Source of the DNA: Guillardia theta CCMP2712 | Lineage: Eukaryota > Protista > Cryptophyta | Length of the DNA: 46,754 nucleotides | Assembly (NCBI RefSeq): GCF_000315625.1 | Contig: NW_005434671.1 | Location: 1,242,488 to 1,289,241 of the forward strand | Direction of reading: 5' to 3' | Shown here: positions 1 to 13,300 of the stretch, in pieces | Position numbering within the stretch: the stretch's first letter is position 1 | Layout of the letters: every line of letters begins with the position of its first letter | Notes under the pieces: generated by a model | What the model was told of the DNA's origin: nothing | Databases searched by the model: none | The model's input: only the letters and a program-made list of their open reading frames with translations | Made by a program: the position numbers and the translations under genes

Positions 1-1162
1 CGCACGCACTTGAGCTCTGTGTTGATCTGCAAGCGGAAGCGGCTGATCTGAAATTGCGTCTTCCTCGTCCTCTCCCCCATCTCGTACGTAATCGCCTCCC
101 TCACTGTCGGGATCCTCTCGGGGTACCTGCAAAATGAGTCAGAGAGTCAAGAGGCGGAGACAATTGCAGGACAGAGGAGGATGAGCAACAGGGGAAGGAG
201 GGAGTAAGTAAGTGAGGAGGGAGGGAGTAAGTGAGGAGGGAAGGAGTAAGTGAGGAGGGAGGGAGGGAGGGAAAGCAGGAGGGAGAAGGGGAAAGGTGGA
301 GGATGATGGAGGGAGGAATGGGGAGAGGGAGGGCAAAGATGCCGGTCGGAGGCAGGACAGAAGGAGGAAAGGAAGGAGGGGAGGAAGGGAGGGGAAGGGA
401 TGGAGGGAGGGCAGTGGAGGGAGTGATCCACCTATCGATGTCTGTTAGCACAGCAAACACAGTTGACAGGTCTGCCTCCACATCAACGACGACGAGCCCT
501 GTTCCTATTCTCCCCTCCCTCATCTGCTTCTGAACCCTCTCTCCTCGCCTCAGCGCCCTCATATCGCTCGCTGATAACTCAGGAAGGTTCGGCCGGAAAC
601 TGTTTCTGACGTTTCCTTCCTCCTTCACTCCCTCCTCTTCCTTCTCCTTCACCATCACAGCTGATTGGACTTGCTTCGGCTTCTCCGCTATGGCAGTTGC
701 GAACTGCAGGTTTTTGCTGTCCTCCTCGTTCCGCCAGCTTCTGATCATCTTCGCCAACCTCCTGCTCCACAGCACTCGCTCCTCCTGCTCGCCCTCTCCT
801 CCCTCCCTTCCCACCATCGGCTCGTTCAAAGATCGCAGAGCTCGTGCTGCCCTCCTTGACCCCAAGAACTTCTCCTCCTTCCCGCTCTCCTGCATCCGCA
901 GGCTTGTCAGCATCCCTGTTGTCCCTTCTCTCTGACCATCTCCGCACGATGAAGCAACAGGCACACGGAGAGGGCAGGAGCACGAACCCACATGCTGCTG
1001 CCGAATGTCCATCGGCTTTGACAGCATGAAAGCGCTCTGCTGTACCCCTGGTTTGATGCAGCCGTCCGTCTGACTCAGCACAGCGGCAACGAGGAAGAAG
1101 ATGACGCTGCAACCTCGTTGAGCTCGAGGACAAGAAGAGAAGCAGGAGATGAAACGAATCAT
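1..1162 (-). CDS. SRPBCC/START (polyketide cyclase/COQ10-like) domain protein with probable plastid-targeting presequence; runs off the window start
   Basis: Exon 1162-432, GT-AG intron 431-127, exon 126-1 splice in frame to ...GTGLVVVDVEADLSTVFAVLTDIDR/YPERIPTVREAITYE...TQFQISRFRLQINTELKCV, matching the SRPBCC 'V..VL.D...YP..IP.V' pattern. N-terminus is hydrophobic (IFFLVAAVLS) followed by SAF. Confidence 0.7.
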
Positions 1163-2101
1163 CCTCCTCTTTGACGTGAGCGACACGTTGAAGTTTCAGC
1201 CGAACAAAGGGAAGATTTGCAGGGAGGCGATGTAACAGTACGCACGATGGCGGCAGAGATGAAGGCGAACGCTATGGACGTAGGGGAAGAGAATAGATGA
1301 GATGGAAAAAGGCAGCGATAGAAGGGAAGAGAGATGAGTTTGGGAGAGGGAACAGTTCCAAGCAGGGCAGGGGAGCGTTCACAGCACAGGAGGTACGAGG
1401 TAGGAGGGGAGAAGGTACAGAGAGGAGGAGAGACGAAGAGGAGGAAGGGTCGAAAGAACGAGGAACAAGAAGATGATGCAGTGAGAGGAGGAGGAGGGCA
1501 GGGAGGAGAAGCAGTGGGTCGGGAGGTAGGATATGTCTTTATGCCATGCCCGGGCGGCTCTTGTATGTTCAAGACGGCAAAACAAGTTGGCGGCCTCTTT
1601 GAATGCTTTTGGGAGTCAATTCAACCCTGCTCTAAATAATATTATCTGATTTGAACTTTTGACACGATAATTAAAATTAAAAAATCGCCAACTTCACTTC
1701 GACCTGATAGACTCAATGAGGGGGTGGAAGACTCCTTGTGTGGGGGGTGGAGGGCACTATTGGACGGGTGGTGATCATATTTAGTGGGTACTTGGAAGTT
1801 GAAGTCTTCAAGTACCCCTACCTTTTACTACATTTGACAATACAGTTTTGATCATTATGATTCTGCCAGGGGTATAGATGAATCAAGTGGGGTAGTAGCA
1901 ACATTCAATGTGTTTGTGGGGTAGTAAAAAGATCACACTGTTAATCATCAGATTCAATTATGAGGGTGGGGGTAGGACAAATTATCCATTTTACTAAGTT
2001 TTTCGTAGGGGAATCGGGGGTACTTGGTTTGTTTTCGGTATTTATGGGGGTAGGGTTCGACTGCTGAGGTTAAATTTATCCATGCGACGGAGCGCACTGA
2101 A

Positions 2102-2155
2102 GAGGGAGAGAGGGAGAGGGAGAGGGAGAGGGAGAGGGAGAGGGAGAGGGAGAGG
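2102..2155. repeat. (GAGAGG)n microsatellite
   Basis: Direct reading. Confidence 0.9.
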
Positions 2156-2626
2156 TACATAGAGGGAGGGAGAGAGAAATGACAGTGAGGAGAGGATGGC
2201 AAGACTGTTCTACAGGATAGATAAAGGGACTCAGGAAGAGATACGATGATGAGAGATGCTTGAAGGGGAAATGGGAGATTGCAGCATACGCTGAGAGTGC
2301 AGAAAGGCAGAGGATTGCTGTGAGCAGCGCGAAGTGTCTTTGATTTCGAGTGTACATACTAAGAGAAGGTTTGAGGTAAATTGTCTGTATCAAGAAACGA
2401 CCATATGCGAGACGATCAATTCGCAGTTATGGGCGTCCCTGTATATGTTGTACGTTGTACCAGGATGGGGGAAAATGATGAAATTGTGATATGTGAGTTT
2501 AATATTTCAGCGTAGCATTCAATTACACAGTTCTATTCCAAAACGAACAGAGATCGAAGCTTTCTTCAAAAGTGTTTTTCTAAAACCTTCAGTTGTAGAT
2601 TTCATCGAAGCTGGTTGTAAGTAAGA

Positions 2627-3120
2627 ATGAGCGACAGCGATGACGATGAAACACTCCAGTACAAGGTAGAGTGATGACAAATCTCATGTCTACCCTGAGA
2701 GCCTTGTTCTAGATCATTCTTCTGGGAGATGGGACGGTCGGAAAGACTTCTATAGCGATGAGGTTTACCAACGATGAATTTGGACAGCAATACAAACAGG
2801 TCCACCAAGATGCGCTCCTTTCCCTCGATCTCCTCCTCACCCCTCGCAGACCATCGGAGTTGACTTCATGCTACGGCGTCTGGAGCTGCCGGGAAACACA
2901 AGGGTAGCGCTTCAGATCTGGGACATTGGAGGTCAGAGTATTGGCAGCAAAATGCTCGGCAGCTACATCTTTGGTGGGTTTGAGAAGCAGCATCCTCCTG
3001 TTGAATCGCGAGCACTTGTTGTGAAGTTTCTTGTGATGACGTAGTTTGTGACCTTTTCCATGGAGAGTCTCTCTGTCTCCCTCTTCCTCTTATTGCTGAT
3101 GCCCGTTATCAATTTGCTTC

Positions 3121-3157
<37 letters not shown>

Positions 3158-4172
3158 GTACAAAGTATCAAGATCGACTTCGCTCCCCTCTGGTTTCCTC
3201 TCCCTTGCTCACACAGTCCAGGCTCACAAGCAATCATCATCGTATACGACATCACCAACTATCAATCATTCCAGAACGCAGAAGATTGGCTTGCGCTTGT
3301 ACGTGCCCCTTGTAGTTCTGCTTTCTCCCTCACTGCCCCCAGGTCAAACGGTCTTTCCCCGACGAGAAGGACCTTCCTTACATGGCTCTTGTGGGAAACA
3401 AGGTACAGAGGAGGATGAGAAGGGGGAGGGGCAGTGCTGGAGGTCAGGACGATCGAACGGGATGAGATGTGAAGAATCAGGCGAAGACGATGGCAGGGAG
3501 GAGGAAGAGGAGGGATGAGGGAGGAGGAGGAGGAGGAGAAGGATGAGCACGAGGATGATGAGGAAGATGGCGAGATGTAACGAGGAGGAGGAGTCATGTT
3601 CAGAGCCTGGGGATGTGTGATCTCGGAGCTGCGTATACGAATGTACGATGTCGCATGCTATAACTTCCGCTAGATGTTGTAAAAAGTCATATGCCATGTC
3701 TGTGTAGTTTCTTGGCAAANNNNNNNNNNNNNNNNNNNNNNNNNNNNNNNNNNNNNNNNNNNNNNNNNNNNNNNNNNNNNNNNNNNNNNNNNNNNNNNNN
3801 NNNNNNNNNNNNNNNNNNNNNNNNNNNNNNNNNNNNNNNNNNNNNNNNNNNNNNNNNNNNNNNNNNNNNNNNNNNNNNNNNNNNNNNNNNNNNNNNNNNN
3901 NNNNNNNNNNNNNNNNNNNCTTCCTCCTCCTTTTCTGTGAGCTGTTGGCCGTTGGCTCCTCACTCCTCCCCCCTCCCTCCCTTCTGATCCTCGTCATCTG
4001 CATTCCTCTCTCCTCCTTCCTCCGTCCTCGTCTGATGTGAATGCAGTTGGAGGTGGCGTCCAAGGTAGTGAAGGCGGAGATCATCGAGTACCAGCAGGGC
4101 AAGGGGCGAGAAGCTGCGGTGGAGGGCGAGGAGAGGGAAGTGAAGAAGAACAAGAAGTGCTCTGTACAGTGA
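2627..4172 (+). CDS. RAB28: Rab28 small GTPase (multi-exon; middle lost in gap 3720-3919)
   Basis: Spliced: [26 protein letters not shown]...QYKQ/TIGVDF...[21 protein letters not shown]/...[10 protein letters not shown].../...LVGNK; last exon [15 protein letters not shown]...KKCSVQ*. WDIGGQ G3 variant, acidic N-terminus and single CAAX box are Rab28 hallmarks. Confidence 0.93.
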
Positions 4173-4300
4173 AGGCCAAAGATAACAGACAGGCTGACAT
4201 TGTGAGGGGATAGGGAAGGGATAGCAAGGAGATGGGAAGGGAGGGGAAGGAGATGGGAAGGGAGGGGATGGGAGGGGAGAGGAGGTGAAGGGATCTTCGC

Positions 4301-7300
4301 TCATCCTTGCTTTGTGCCCTCCTGGTGCATTTCGCACAAGCCTCGCACTGCTGGCTGCAGATGGCATGTGAGGACGCGGGGCGAAAGAGCATCGTTGAAG
4401 TACGTCTCCTGCCTGGAGCGAGGAAGGAAGGGACGCAGGAGAGGAGGAGGAGAAAGAGGAGGAGGAGCATGCATGTGTCACAGTTCACCTGGAGAGGAGG
4501 AAGAGGTGCCTCTATCCTGGGCTTCAGCGCGTCCATCAGAGCCACTCCTCGCTTCTCGCCGAGCTCCTGCTGACCATCAAGAGGGGCAGAGAGGAAGCAG
4601 CAGCAGCAAGGGAGGACGAGGGATGGCAGAGAGGAAGCAGCAGCAGCAAGGGAGGACGAGGGATGGCAGAGAGGAAGCAGCAGCAGCAAGGGAGGACGAG
4701 GGATGGCAGAGAGGAAGCAGCAGCAGCAAGGGAGGACGAGGGATGGCAGAGAGGAAGCAGCAGCAGCAAGGGAGGACGAGGGATGGTAGTCTCACTCGAA
4801 ACAGTTGATCAATGTCCTCCTCAAGCTCCTCCTCTCTCGCATCCTCCCGTGCCTCCTCCTCCTCCTCTCCTCGACCAGGATCGTGGAGAGGTGGAAGCTT
4901 GTTCTGGCTGCGGTGGAAGCGAGCAGCGTCGAGGCAGGAGACGTACTTCTTGTCTGACCTCCTCTCTCCTCGCAATGCTGGAGCAGCCGTCAAGATTGAG
5001 GAGGGGAGCCACGAGAGCAGTGAAGGAGGAGACAGAGGACAAGGAAGGGCAAGGGGGGAGAGAATGTGAGAGGCAAAGGAGGAGGACGAAGCGCAAGGGG
5101 GATCAAGAGACGCGGAGGAGGAGGTTGGACGGGGTGGGGTGGGTGGGCAGAGGGAGGGGTTGTCACCCATCTCTGCCGTTTCTCTTGCTAGCGAGCAGCT
5201 CACGGGCATCCCATGGCCGCTGAAGCCTCCGCAAACCCAGACCCTGATACCAGCTTCACCTTCCTCCTCCTCCTCCTCCTCCTCCTTCTCTTCCTCTTCC
5301 TCTTCCTCCTCGTCCTCCTTTCCCTCCCCCATCCCGCTCTGTCCCCCATCTCCCCCCTCTCGTCCTCTTCCTCGTCCTCTTCCACTTCCTACCCTCCCCG
5401 CTCACCTCTTCCTTCCTGGCACAGCTCCAACGACAGGGCGCAAGTCCGGGGTTTCAGCTATCAAACCTATGGAGGGAGTGAATGCCAAGGGAGGGGAAGG
5501 GAAGGGAAGGGAAGGGAAGGGAGGGAGGAGGGAGGGAGGGGGAGGGGGAGGGGGAGGGAGGAGGGAGGAGGAGGGAGGGAGGGNNNNNNNNNNNNNNNNN
5601 NNNNNNNNNNNNNNNNNNNNNNNNNNNNNNNNNNNNNNNNNNNNNNNNNNNNNNNNNNNNNNNNNNNNNNNNNNNNNNNNNNNAGCAGGAATTGGGCTCT
5701 TTCTCACCATGGGACGGGGAAATCCCGGGGCATCTCGGCGACTCATGACTGAAAAGCACTGATCCATTCCACGCCAAAGCGTGTCGTGTAAAGCCTGAGA
5801 GAGATAGCTACGGCTGCAACACTAGACCAGAAGTTGTTCCGTGTCCTTTACTGCATACGTGTCGGATCGATGAACCCCCTGCGTCTGGTGGATGGTATCA
5901 CAGCAGCTTCACATGATCCGGCATTTGCGTACAAAACACCCCATCTACGGTCTCAATCTTCTCCTCACGGCCCCATGTCAGTACCCCCGCCTGCCATTGC
6001 ATTCGCTTCTTTCCTGCATATCCGATTATCGCATCCCTGCCCCTGCTCCCTTTCGTCGCGCCATACCAGGTTATTCCTTCTCTCCCCACCATATGCACCC
6101 GACACCCAGTAGAAACTTTCTTTCATAGTACCAAATTAGCTCCGTCATGTTTTTTCCGGTACACATAGGGGCGGAGCCTCCATGATATCTCCGCCATGCT
6201 GGCTGTCTTCGGCGCCCTCCTGGTCGATGACGATGACGAAGAAAGCCACCTGAGCTAACGACGGAGACGTGGGTCACGGCTGAGGCAGATCAGGGGGTCC
6301 TGGCCCAAAAAGGAGCTGGACGCGGAAGAGGGGTAGAGGCGAGGGGTGGTCGGAGGAGGAGGAGGAGGAGGAGGAGGAGGAGGAGGAGGAGGAGGAGAGC
6401 GATCGATTACCTGTCCATTCGGCCTCGATGTCACTTTCGGACAGGAAGGGAAATTTGCTCATGAAGTCTCTGAGCTGTCTGCTGGCCTGAAACAAATTGG
6501 AGGAGGAGGAGGAAGGGGAGGAGGAGGAGGAGGAGGAGGAGGAGGAGGAGGAGGAGGAGAAGGTAAAGAAGATCAAGGGAAAGACAGGAAACAGAAAGAA
6601 TCAATCTTCTCCATGACCGAAACTTGTGATTCTTACATCTTCGTTTACGTTTCGTTCACTTTCCAAGCTCAAACATTCGCATTCCCTTGATGCTCCCCCG
6701 AGAAATATTCTCCCGTCCTGCATCTGCATCCCGTACCTACAAGTCGACGCTCAACTCCTCCCTCCCCTTGTCTTTCCTCCTCCTCCTCTCACCACTGGTC
6801 ATCGCCTGCAGTGAAGCCGAACTTCCAGGCTGGGGGCAGAGGTCTTGTCATGAGGACAACATCGCATGTCGGTCTGATGATGCTCTCATACTCCGAGAGG
6901 ATCTGAGGAATCCAGGCGTTGCTGCATACGATCACCTTTTCCACCTCGATCGTCTTCATGCACGTGTGGAGCACTACGCGATCGTCCTTCTCCTCTATCC
7001 TCTCAACGACACAGGACGATAAAAGTCTCGCTCCTCTGTCGATGGCATCCTGAAGCAGAGCATCTCGCAGCACCAGCGGCGACACTTTCCCGCCTCCTGC
7101 ATGAAACATCCCCCCTCGGAAACTTCCAGGGCGGCACCCCAGCACCTCCGTGACTTTCTCCTCGTCCCAGAACTCGCCATGTCCACTCCTGATGAGCTCA
7201 AGCTCCTCTTCGTCTATCGCTAGCTCTATGCTTCCTGGAAAGTCCAGGCAGCAAGCCTCAAGTCCGCGAGAACGAACGTACTGACGGATCTCCTCGACCG

Positions 7301-7610
7301 CGTTCATCTCGAACTCTCCTCGTCCATCCGTCGCATCTGTCGCAGGCCACATGTGTCTCCCGCATCGCCCGGTAGCTCCAGGAGGAGGAAACTTACTTGA
7401 CCATCCCCTCTCTCCCTCCGTCTCGTTCACTGTGAACGGGGCGCATGACGCCATAGCGCCGGCTTCTAAGATCCAACACGAGGGCACGCATGGCGCAGAC
7501 GAGCTGCCCAGGCATGTTGGAGCTTCAGCTCTCTTCGTCGCTCCAGCCATCAGCGCAGAAGCAGCGGCAGCCCCAGCCATACCGGCCCCCACGATCGCTA
7601 TCCCCGACAT
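4301..7610 (-). CDS. FAD-dependent oxidoreductase, DAO/glycine-oxidase (PuuB-like) family; multi-exon, gap 5584-5683; 3' end approximate
   Basis: MSGIAIVGAGMAG Rossmann motif; GATGRCGRH; VIVCSNAW; YGMQMQDGRIFLGG; AEWTG; VWVCGGFSGHGMP; CLDAARF. Confidence 0.8.
4585..4786. repeat. 40-bp minisatellite, 5 copies (GGCAGAGAGGAAGCAGCAGCAGCAAGGGAGGACGAGGGAT), inside an oxidoreductase intron
   Basis: Exact 40-bp period visible. Confidence 0.95.
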
Positions 7611-8253
7611 CGGAACAAGGTCGAGAAAATCGGGACCCGGTGGGTTTTGGTTGAAATAGGGGGTGGTAGAGAAGCTAAGGGGTGGTCTACTCACATAAGA
7701 GGGGGTAGGAGTTTCCTCCACAAGAGGGTGGGGTATTTTACAGGAAAGAAGGGGGTAGGGGTATCAAACTCAATTCGAACAACGGAAACGACAAGCGATG
7801 AAGCAGGATGAGGAAAGCAGGGAGGGAGGGAGGGAGGGAGAGAGGGATGGAGGGATGGAGGGAGAAAGATGGAAGATGACGAGAGCAGCAGTAGTAGCGA
7901 AGAATTAAGAGGGTGAAGTCTCAGCAAGGAGAAGAAGTAGATAACAGGAAAAGAAAGAACAGGGTAAGAAGCCAAAAAAAGTATACCGTGACGACATAAA
8001 GCATGTTTGTTGTGACAGAATGTCAAAGATAAATATCAGCCACAGAGGTATATGGCAGATTAGAGACATTTCAACGTTCCAACAGAGCTCATGGGGACAC
8101 AACACACAAAAACTGAGAGACTGACAAAACTGAACCAACAGCACCTGATCCGTTGTGGTGGGCAGGTAGCAAACATCAAGCCTTAGTCGTTTCTTAGAGG
8201 ATGAGAGCTGAGTGAACACTCTGAGAGCTGCTCTTCTTCGCTTCCTTCTCGAC

Positions 8254-9950
8254 ATGTCTTTCGCCAGGCCAAAAGCTTCTCGCCCTGTTTCCCCCTCCCT
8301 CAGCATCCGCGGCTCCCCCGTCGTCTCCAGCAGGGAGAGGCCGCAGACAGCGAGCAAGGAGCAGCTCAACTCTCTTCCTACCGCCGACCTCATCGATCTC
8401 AAGAGATCTATCGATGAGAGGCTCGCAGAGAGGAGGGAGTACCGAGGGACCAGAAGCGACGAACCGTGGGATCGACAAGGTTCTCAAGGTAACTTCCTTC
8501 TCCTTCTCCTTCTCCTTCTCCTTCTCCTTCTCCTTGTGCTTGTCCTTGTTCTTCTCGTCCTCCTGCTCCTGCTCCTGCTCTTGTTTCCCTGCTCCTGCTC
8601 CTCCCGTTCTGACCCCTCGTCTCCAGTGACGATCGAGTATGGCTCGCGCCCTTCCTCTGCCTATCAGCCACGAGCGTCTCCTGTCGTCTCGCGCGCTGGA
8701 TCGCGGCCAGCAACTCCCGATCGCTTCGTGTCGCGTCCTTCCTCTGCCGGCAGTGCTCGGCCCATCTCACCCTACGAGCAGAGGACGAAGAGGCCCATGA
8801 CTCCGACGCTCCGATCCTCCGAGCGACTCGTGGCGGACTTGGACAGGATGGAGCCGACGGGAAGGACAAGGATGGAGCGAGGGAGAGGAGGAGGAGGAGG
8901 AGGAGGCGGGGGGTTCGAGGACGTGGATATCTTCAGCAACGATAGGAAGCCGATGACTACTTTGGGCACGATGATTCGTCCTCATAGCGCCAGAGTCCCC
9001 ACTGTGACGGGCAAGATTGGAGCAGCGAGCTTCGGAATCACTCCTGTCAAGATCATTCCCCGCCCTCCCAAGGCTGGAGCTTTCAAGGTCCCCTCCCTCC
9101 CTCCCTCCCTCCCTCCCTCCCTCCCTTCCTCCNNNNNNNNNNNNNNNNNNNNNNNNNNNNNNNNNNNNNNNNNNNNNNNNNNNNNNNNNNNNNNNNNNNN
9201 NNNNNNNNNNNNNNNNNNNNNNNNNNNNNNNNNNNNNNNNNNNNNNNNNNNNNNNNNNNNNNNNNNNNNNNNNNNNNNNNNNNNNNNNNNNNNNNNNNNN
9301 NNNNNNNNNNNNNNNNNNNNNNNNNNNNNNNNNNNNNNNNNNNNNNNNNNNNNNNNNNNNNNNNNNNNNNNNNNNNNNNNNNNNNNNNNNNNNNNNNNNN
9401 NNNNNNNNNNNNNNNNNNNNNNNNNNNNNNNNNNNNNNNNNNNNNNNNNNNNNNNNNNNNNNGGCCTTCCAGCAAGTAGAACCGAAGAGGGAGAGGGAGG
9501 GAGACGAGGAAGGGAGACAAGGGAGAGGGAGAGGAGGAGAGGGAGAGGAGGGGGGAGGGGGAGGGGGGAGGGGGAGGGGGGGAATCAGCGGAGGGAAGCG
9601 GAGGAGGGGCTGACGAGGATGGTGCAGCTGCTGCCTGTGTTCAACCTGCTCAAGTCGAAGAATAAGAACTCTGGCGATACCATCGACTACTCGCAGAGGA
9701 AAAGAACCAACGTCAGTGCGTGCGGAGGAGAGGAGAGGAGGAGAGGAGGAGAGGAGGAGAGGAGAGGAGAGGAGGAGAGGAGGAAATAAGGGGAGAAAAG
9801 TAAGGAGAGGAGAAGGGGGCACTGACGAGGGTTCAGGTCGGGGAGCTGATCAATGAGACGCTGGAGATGTTGGAGACGCACGGAGGACCGGACGCTTACA
9901 TCAACATCAAGTACATGATCCCTACATACGAGAGCTGCATGGTGGTATAG
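8254..9950 (+). CDS. PACRG: Parkin co-regulated gene protein (axonemal inner-junction protein) with long N-terminal extension; core partly in gap 9133-9462
   Basis: PPKAGAFK before the gap. After it [62 protein letters not shown], matching the conserved PACRG C-terminus. Confidence 0.92.
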
Positions 9951-10376
9951 GAGAGAAGACAAGGAGGATGGGACATGTTAGGTTGTAATAATAATGAATC
10001 AAGATGAAGAAAAAACGGATCTTCCTCTTTCTCCTTTCCTCTTCCTCCTCCTCCTCCTTCCAATTCTTGATTCCTGCGTCGTTTTCCTCCCTCCCCTCTT
10101 CCCTCCTCTTTCTTCGTTGGCTTCCTCCCTCTCCTCCCTCCTCTCTTTCAAACGCAGGAAGCACAAGCTAACGAAGCTGAGCAGCCACCGAGCTCAGTTC
10201 CACACCCTGAGCCTGCACAAGGCGAGTGAGAGGAGAGAAGAGGCAACGCGAAGAGGACAAGCAGGAGGAGCATGATGAGGATGATGATGACGATCACGAT
10301 GATGGTGATGGTGATGGTGATGATGGAGATAATGATGGAGATAGAGATGGAGATGATGATGATGATGATGGATAGG

Positions 10377-13300
10377 TCACAAGAGAGCTGTTCTCACGTC
10401 GGGAGATGAGGGAGGGCTGTTCTTCACGCGCATCACGGTTCCTCCCAGCAGGCCCTCAGTCTCCACCTCCACCGTAGCTGCTCGTCCCCGTCCGTATGCC
10501 GTCCAGTCCGACCGCGATCGCCCCCCCGCGTCACGATGGAGGAAGCGCCCTTGCCCCCGGTCAGTTTAAGACAAAGAGCAGAGAGTGGGGAGGGAGGAAG
10601 GGGAGGGGAAAGAGAGGAGAGGAGAGAGATAGTGGGGGCAGTTGAAGCAGCTGGAGCGAGAAGACAAGACGGGCGGGAGAGAAACGAGGAAAGGAAAATG
10701 CTGAAGCGAGAAGGTGAGAGGGGCGGAAGGGGATGGAGCTTTGGAGCCTCACCGTCTAGCATCTCATCAGCAAGGTCGTCGAGTTCATCCCTGTAGTCTG
10801 ATAGGCACACAAGAAGTCAGAGAGGAAGGGAGAGGCGGCCAAGAGGAGCAAAGGAGGAGAAGGAAGCGGAGGGAGGGAGGGAGGAGGCGGATGGATGGAT
10901 GGATGGATGGATGGATGGATGGATGGATGGATGGATGGATGGATGGAGGAGGAGGAGGAGGAGGAGGAGGAGAAACAAACTTGTCTTGGAGCGCTTGGCA
11001 AACGTGATGAGGTAGACGCCAGAGAAAGTGACGAGACAGCCGGAGACAAAGAAGAGCGTGTAGTGGCAGTCTGGGTTGGTAGGAGGACAATGCTGCAAGA
11101 AACATGAGCGAGAGGAGGAGTAGGAGGGAGGGGGGAAAAGGAGCAGGATAAGTTAGGAAGAAGAGAAAGGAGGAGGTGAGCAGGAAAGAAGATAGAGGGA
11201 GGAAGAGGAGAGCAGTCTTAGGAGGGAGGACGGAGGAGAGACCTGGTGGTACTCCTTGTACAGGACGATCCCAGCCATGATGGAGCAGAAGGTAAAGAGC
11301 ACGTAGTAGACTGGGACGACCTGAGGGATGGGTGGCAATCAGCAGAGAAACGGTGGGGAGGAGAAGGTGGGGAGGAGAAGGTGGGGAGGAGAAGGTGGGG
11401 AGGAGAAGGTGGGGAGGAGAAGGTGGGGAGGAGAAGGTGGGGAGGAGAAGGTGGGGAGGAGAAGGTGGGGAGGAGAAGGTGGGGAGGAGGGGGAAAAGAA
11501 GGTGGGAAATGGAGGGGACAAGCATATATCACCTCCGATGCTCCAAAATGCATCATGGCAAGATTCAAGTACTTGAGCTGTACCAAGTGTGAATGCTGTT
11601 GTTGTTCTTCCTGCTGTCAACCCTCTGCCTCCCCCCCCCCCTCTCTCTTTCTCCTCTGCTCCTGCTCCTTTCTTCTCTCGCTTTCTCTGCCATCTCGATC
11701 CTCCTACTTGTCCTCACCTGAACAATGAGTGTGCCCACGGTAACGGCAACGAGGATCCAAGGAAGGACATTGTAGAACTGCAGCGAGTGAGACAAGCGCT
11801 GATGAAAAGAAGAGGACTGCGAGGAGCGCGCAGAAGGAGAGAGACAGAGAAGAGGACGAAGAGGACGAGAAGGGAAGAGGATGGCGGGGGTGAGGGCGAA
11901 GGGGCAGGACCTGGTTGTTCCCCTGCAAGGTGAGGACAAGCGCCGTCGAGACTCCTTTGACGCACATGACAGTCAAACTCCCCTGAAGAGAACGATCAAC
12001 ATGCGCGGGAGGAGATGAAGCGAGAAGAAGAAGGGCGGAAGGACGACGGGGAGGAAGGAGGAGAGAAAGAGGAGGTGGAGGAGAAATGAATGGGAGAAGG
12101 TCGAACAGACCGTGAGAGAACAGATAAGAGTGTAGATGACGACATATCGCCTAAAGATCTTGTCAGAGAGAAGTAGAAAAGGAGAGGAAAGGAGCAAGAA
12201 AATGTCGCAAAAAGCAAGTCAGGAAAAGAATGTGGTCGGGCGGATGGATCAGAAAAGAAAAAAGAATATGGAGGAAGCAAGGAGAGGAAGAAAGAGGAAG
12301 GGAGTAAGGAGGGTAACTGGCCGTACTTCTTGATGTTGTCCGGAAGTAGGAAGAGGATCAAGATGGCGATGGAGATGGAAATAACAAAGAAGGCAAAGCC
12401 ACTGTCGCTCATGTACTCGATGAGGACCTGGAGGAGAGGACGGAAGTGACAGGACGATGCCAAGGATGGAGGAGGAAGAAGGAGTAGAGAGGAGGAGTGG
12501 AAAGTGAAGAGGAACGGGAAGGGGACAGTGATGGTGGAGGAAGAGAACGAGAAAGTGAGCTCTGAGCAGCAGGTAGAAGGAGGAAATACCTCCATGGTGA
12601 GCTGTTTGTCCGAGGAGGGAGCATAAAGGACGATAAGCACGGACCCTAAAATCGCCATGGCCACCCCAAACAAATTGCGAGGGCCTGGGATGTTGGAAAT
12701 AAGGGACGCAGCAAGGGAGAGCAGGAAATTGAAGGGGCAGGAGCTGGGCAGGACATACCGATATGTTCTCGAAGGATGTAGTGCGCAAGGATAGAGTTGG
12801 AGATAACCGACACTATGCAAGGTTTCAGATGTTTTCAAAGCTTTCCCTTGCCGCCTCTCATTCACCTGCTCCAAGAGGAGCGACGACTGTGGCCGGCGCG
12901 TAAGCATAGGCGAGGAAGTTTCCAGTCTCGCCCATGGCCATGAGGACCATGCCGACCCACCAGAGCTTAAGGCGAATGTAGGGCTGCACCAAGTCAAACA
13001 ACACTAGACAGGGTGCAGGAGGAGCAGAGCACGGAAGGGAAGACAACGGGAGGGGAAGAAGAGGGAAGGAGAGGCCAAAAAGGATAAGTTGATTGATGAT
13101 CGAGCATTACCAGCTTCCCTCCTGACAGAAGCTCGTTCTGATTGTGCGCATATTTCTGAGTATTGAGACTGACCTGTGGCAACCGTGAGGACAGGACAAA
13201 ACGTTTGAAACAGCTCACTGAAATAAGGATGTTCCCACTTAACGCCAACAAGATCCCAATTTGTTCCTGACAAGAGGAGACAAGAAACAAACGTTTACAG

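Noticed and set aside
3596-3719. Minus-strand peptide [19 protein letters not shown] and faint loxP-like words (tatacgaa, ataacttc)
   Set aside because: Gap-adjacent intronic sequence; it does not match the loxP arrangement or any family I recognise.
5684-6300. Possible inserted element within the oxidoreductase gene
   Set aside because: It abuts an N-gap, the expected exon after AEWTG looks garbled, and there are no terminal repeats or transposase; probably a low-quality read end.
8212-9789. 525-aa ORF with a poly-Leu 'TM' segment
   Set aside because: The poly-Leu run is a CT-rich intron (~8489-8626) read through in frame, and the ORF spans an N-gap; the real gene is spliced PACRG.
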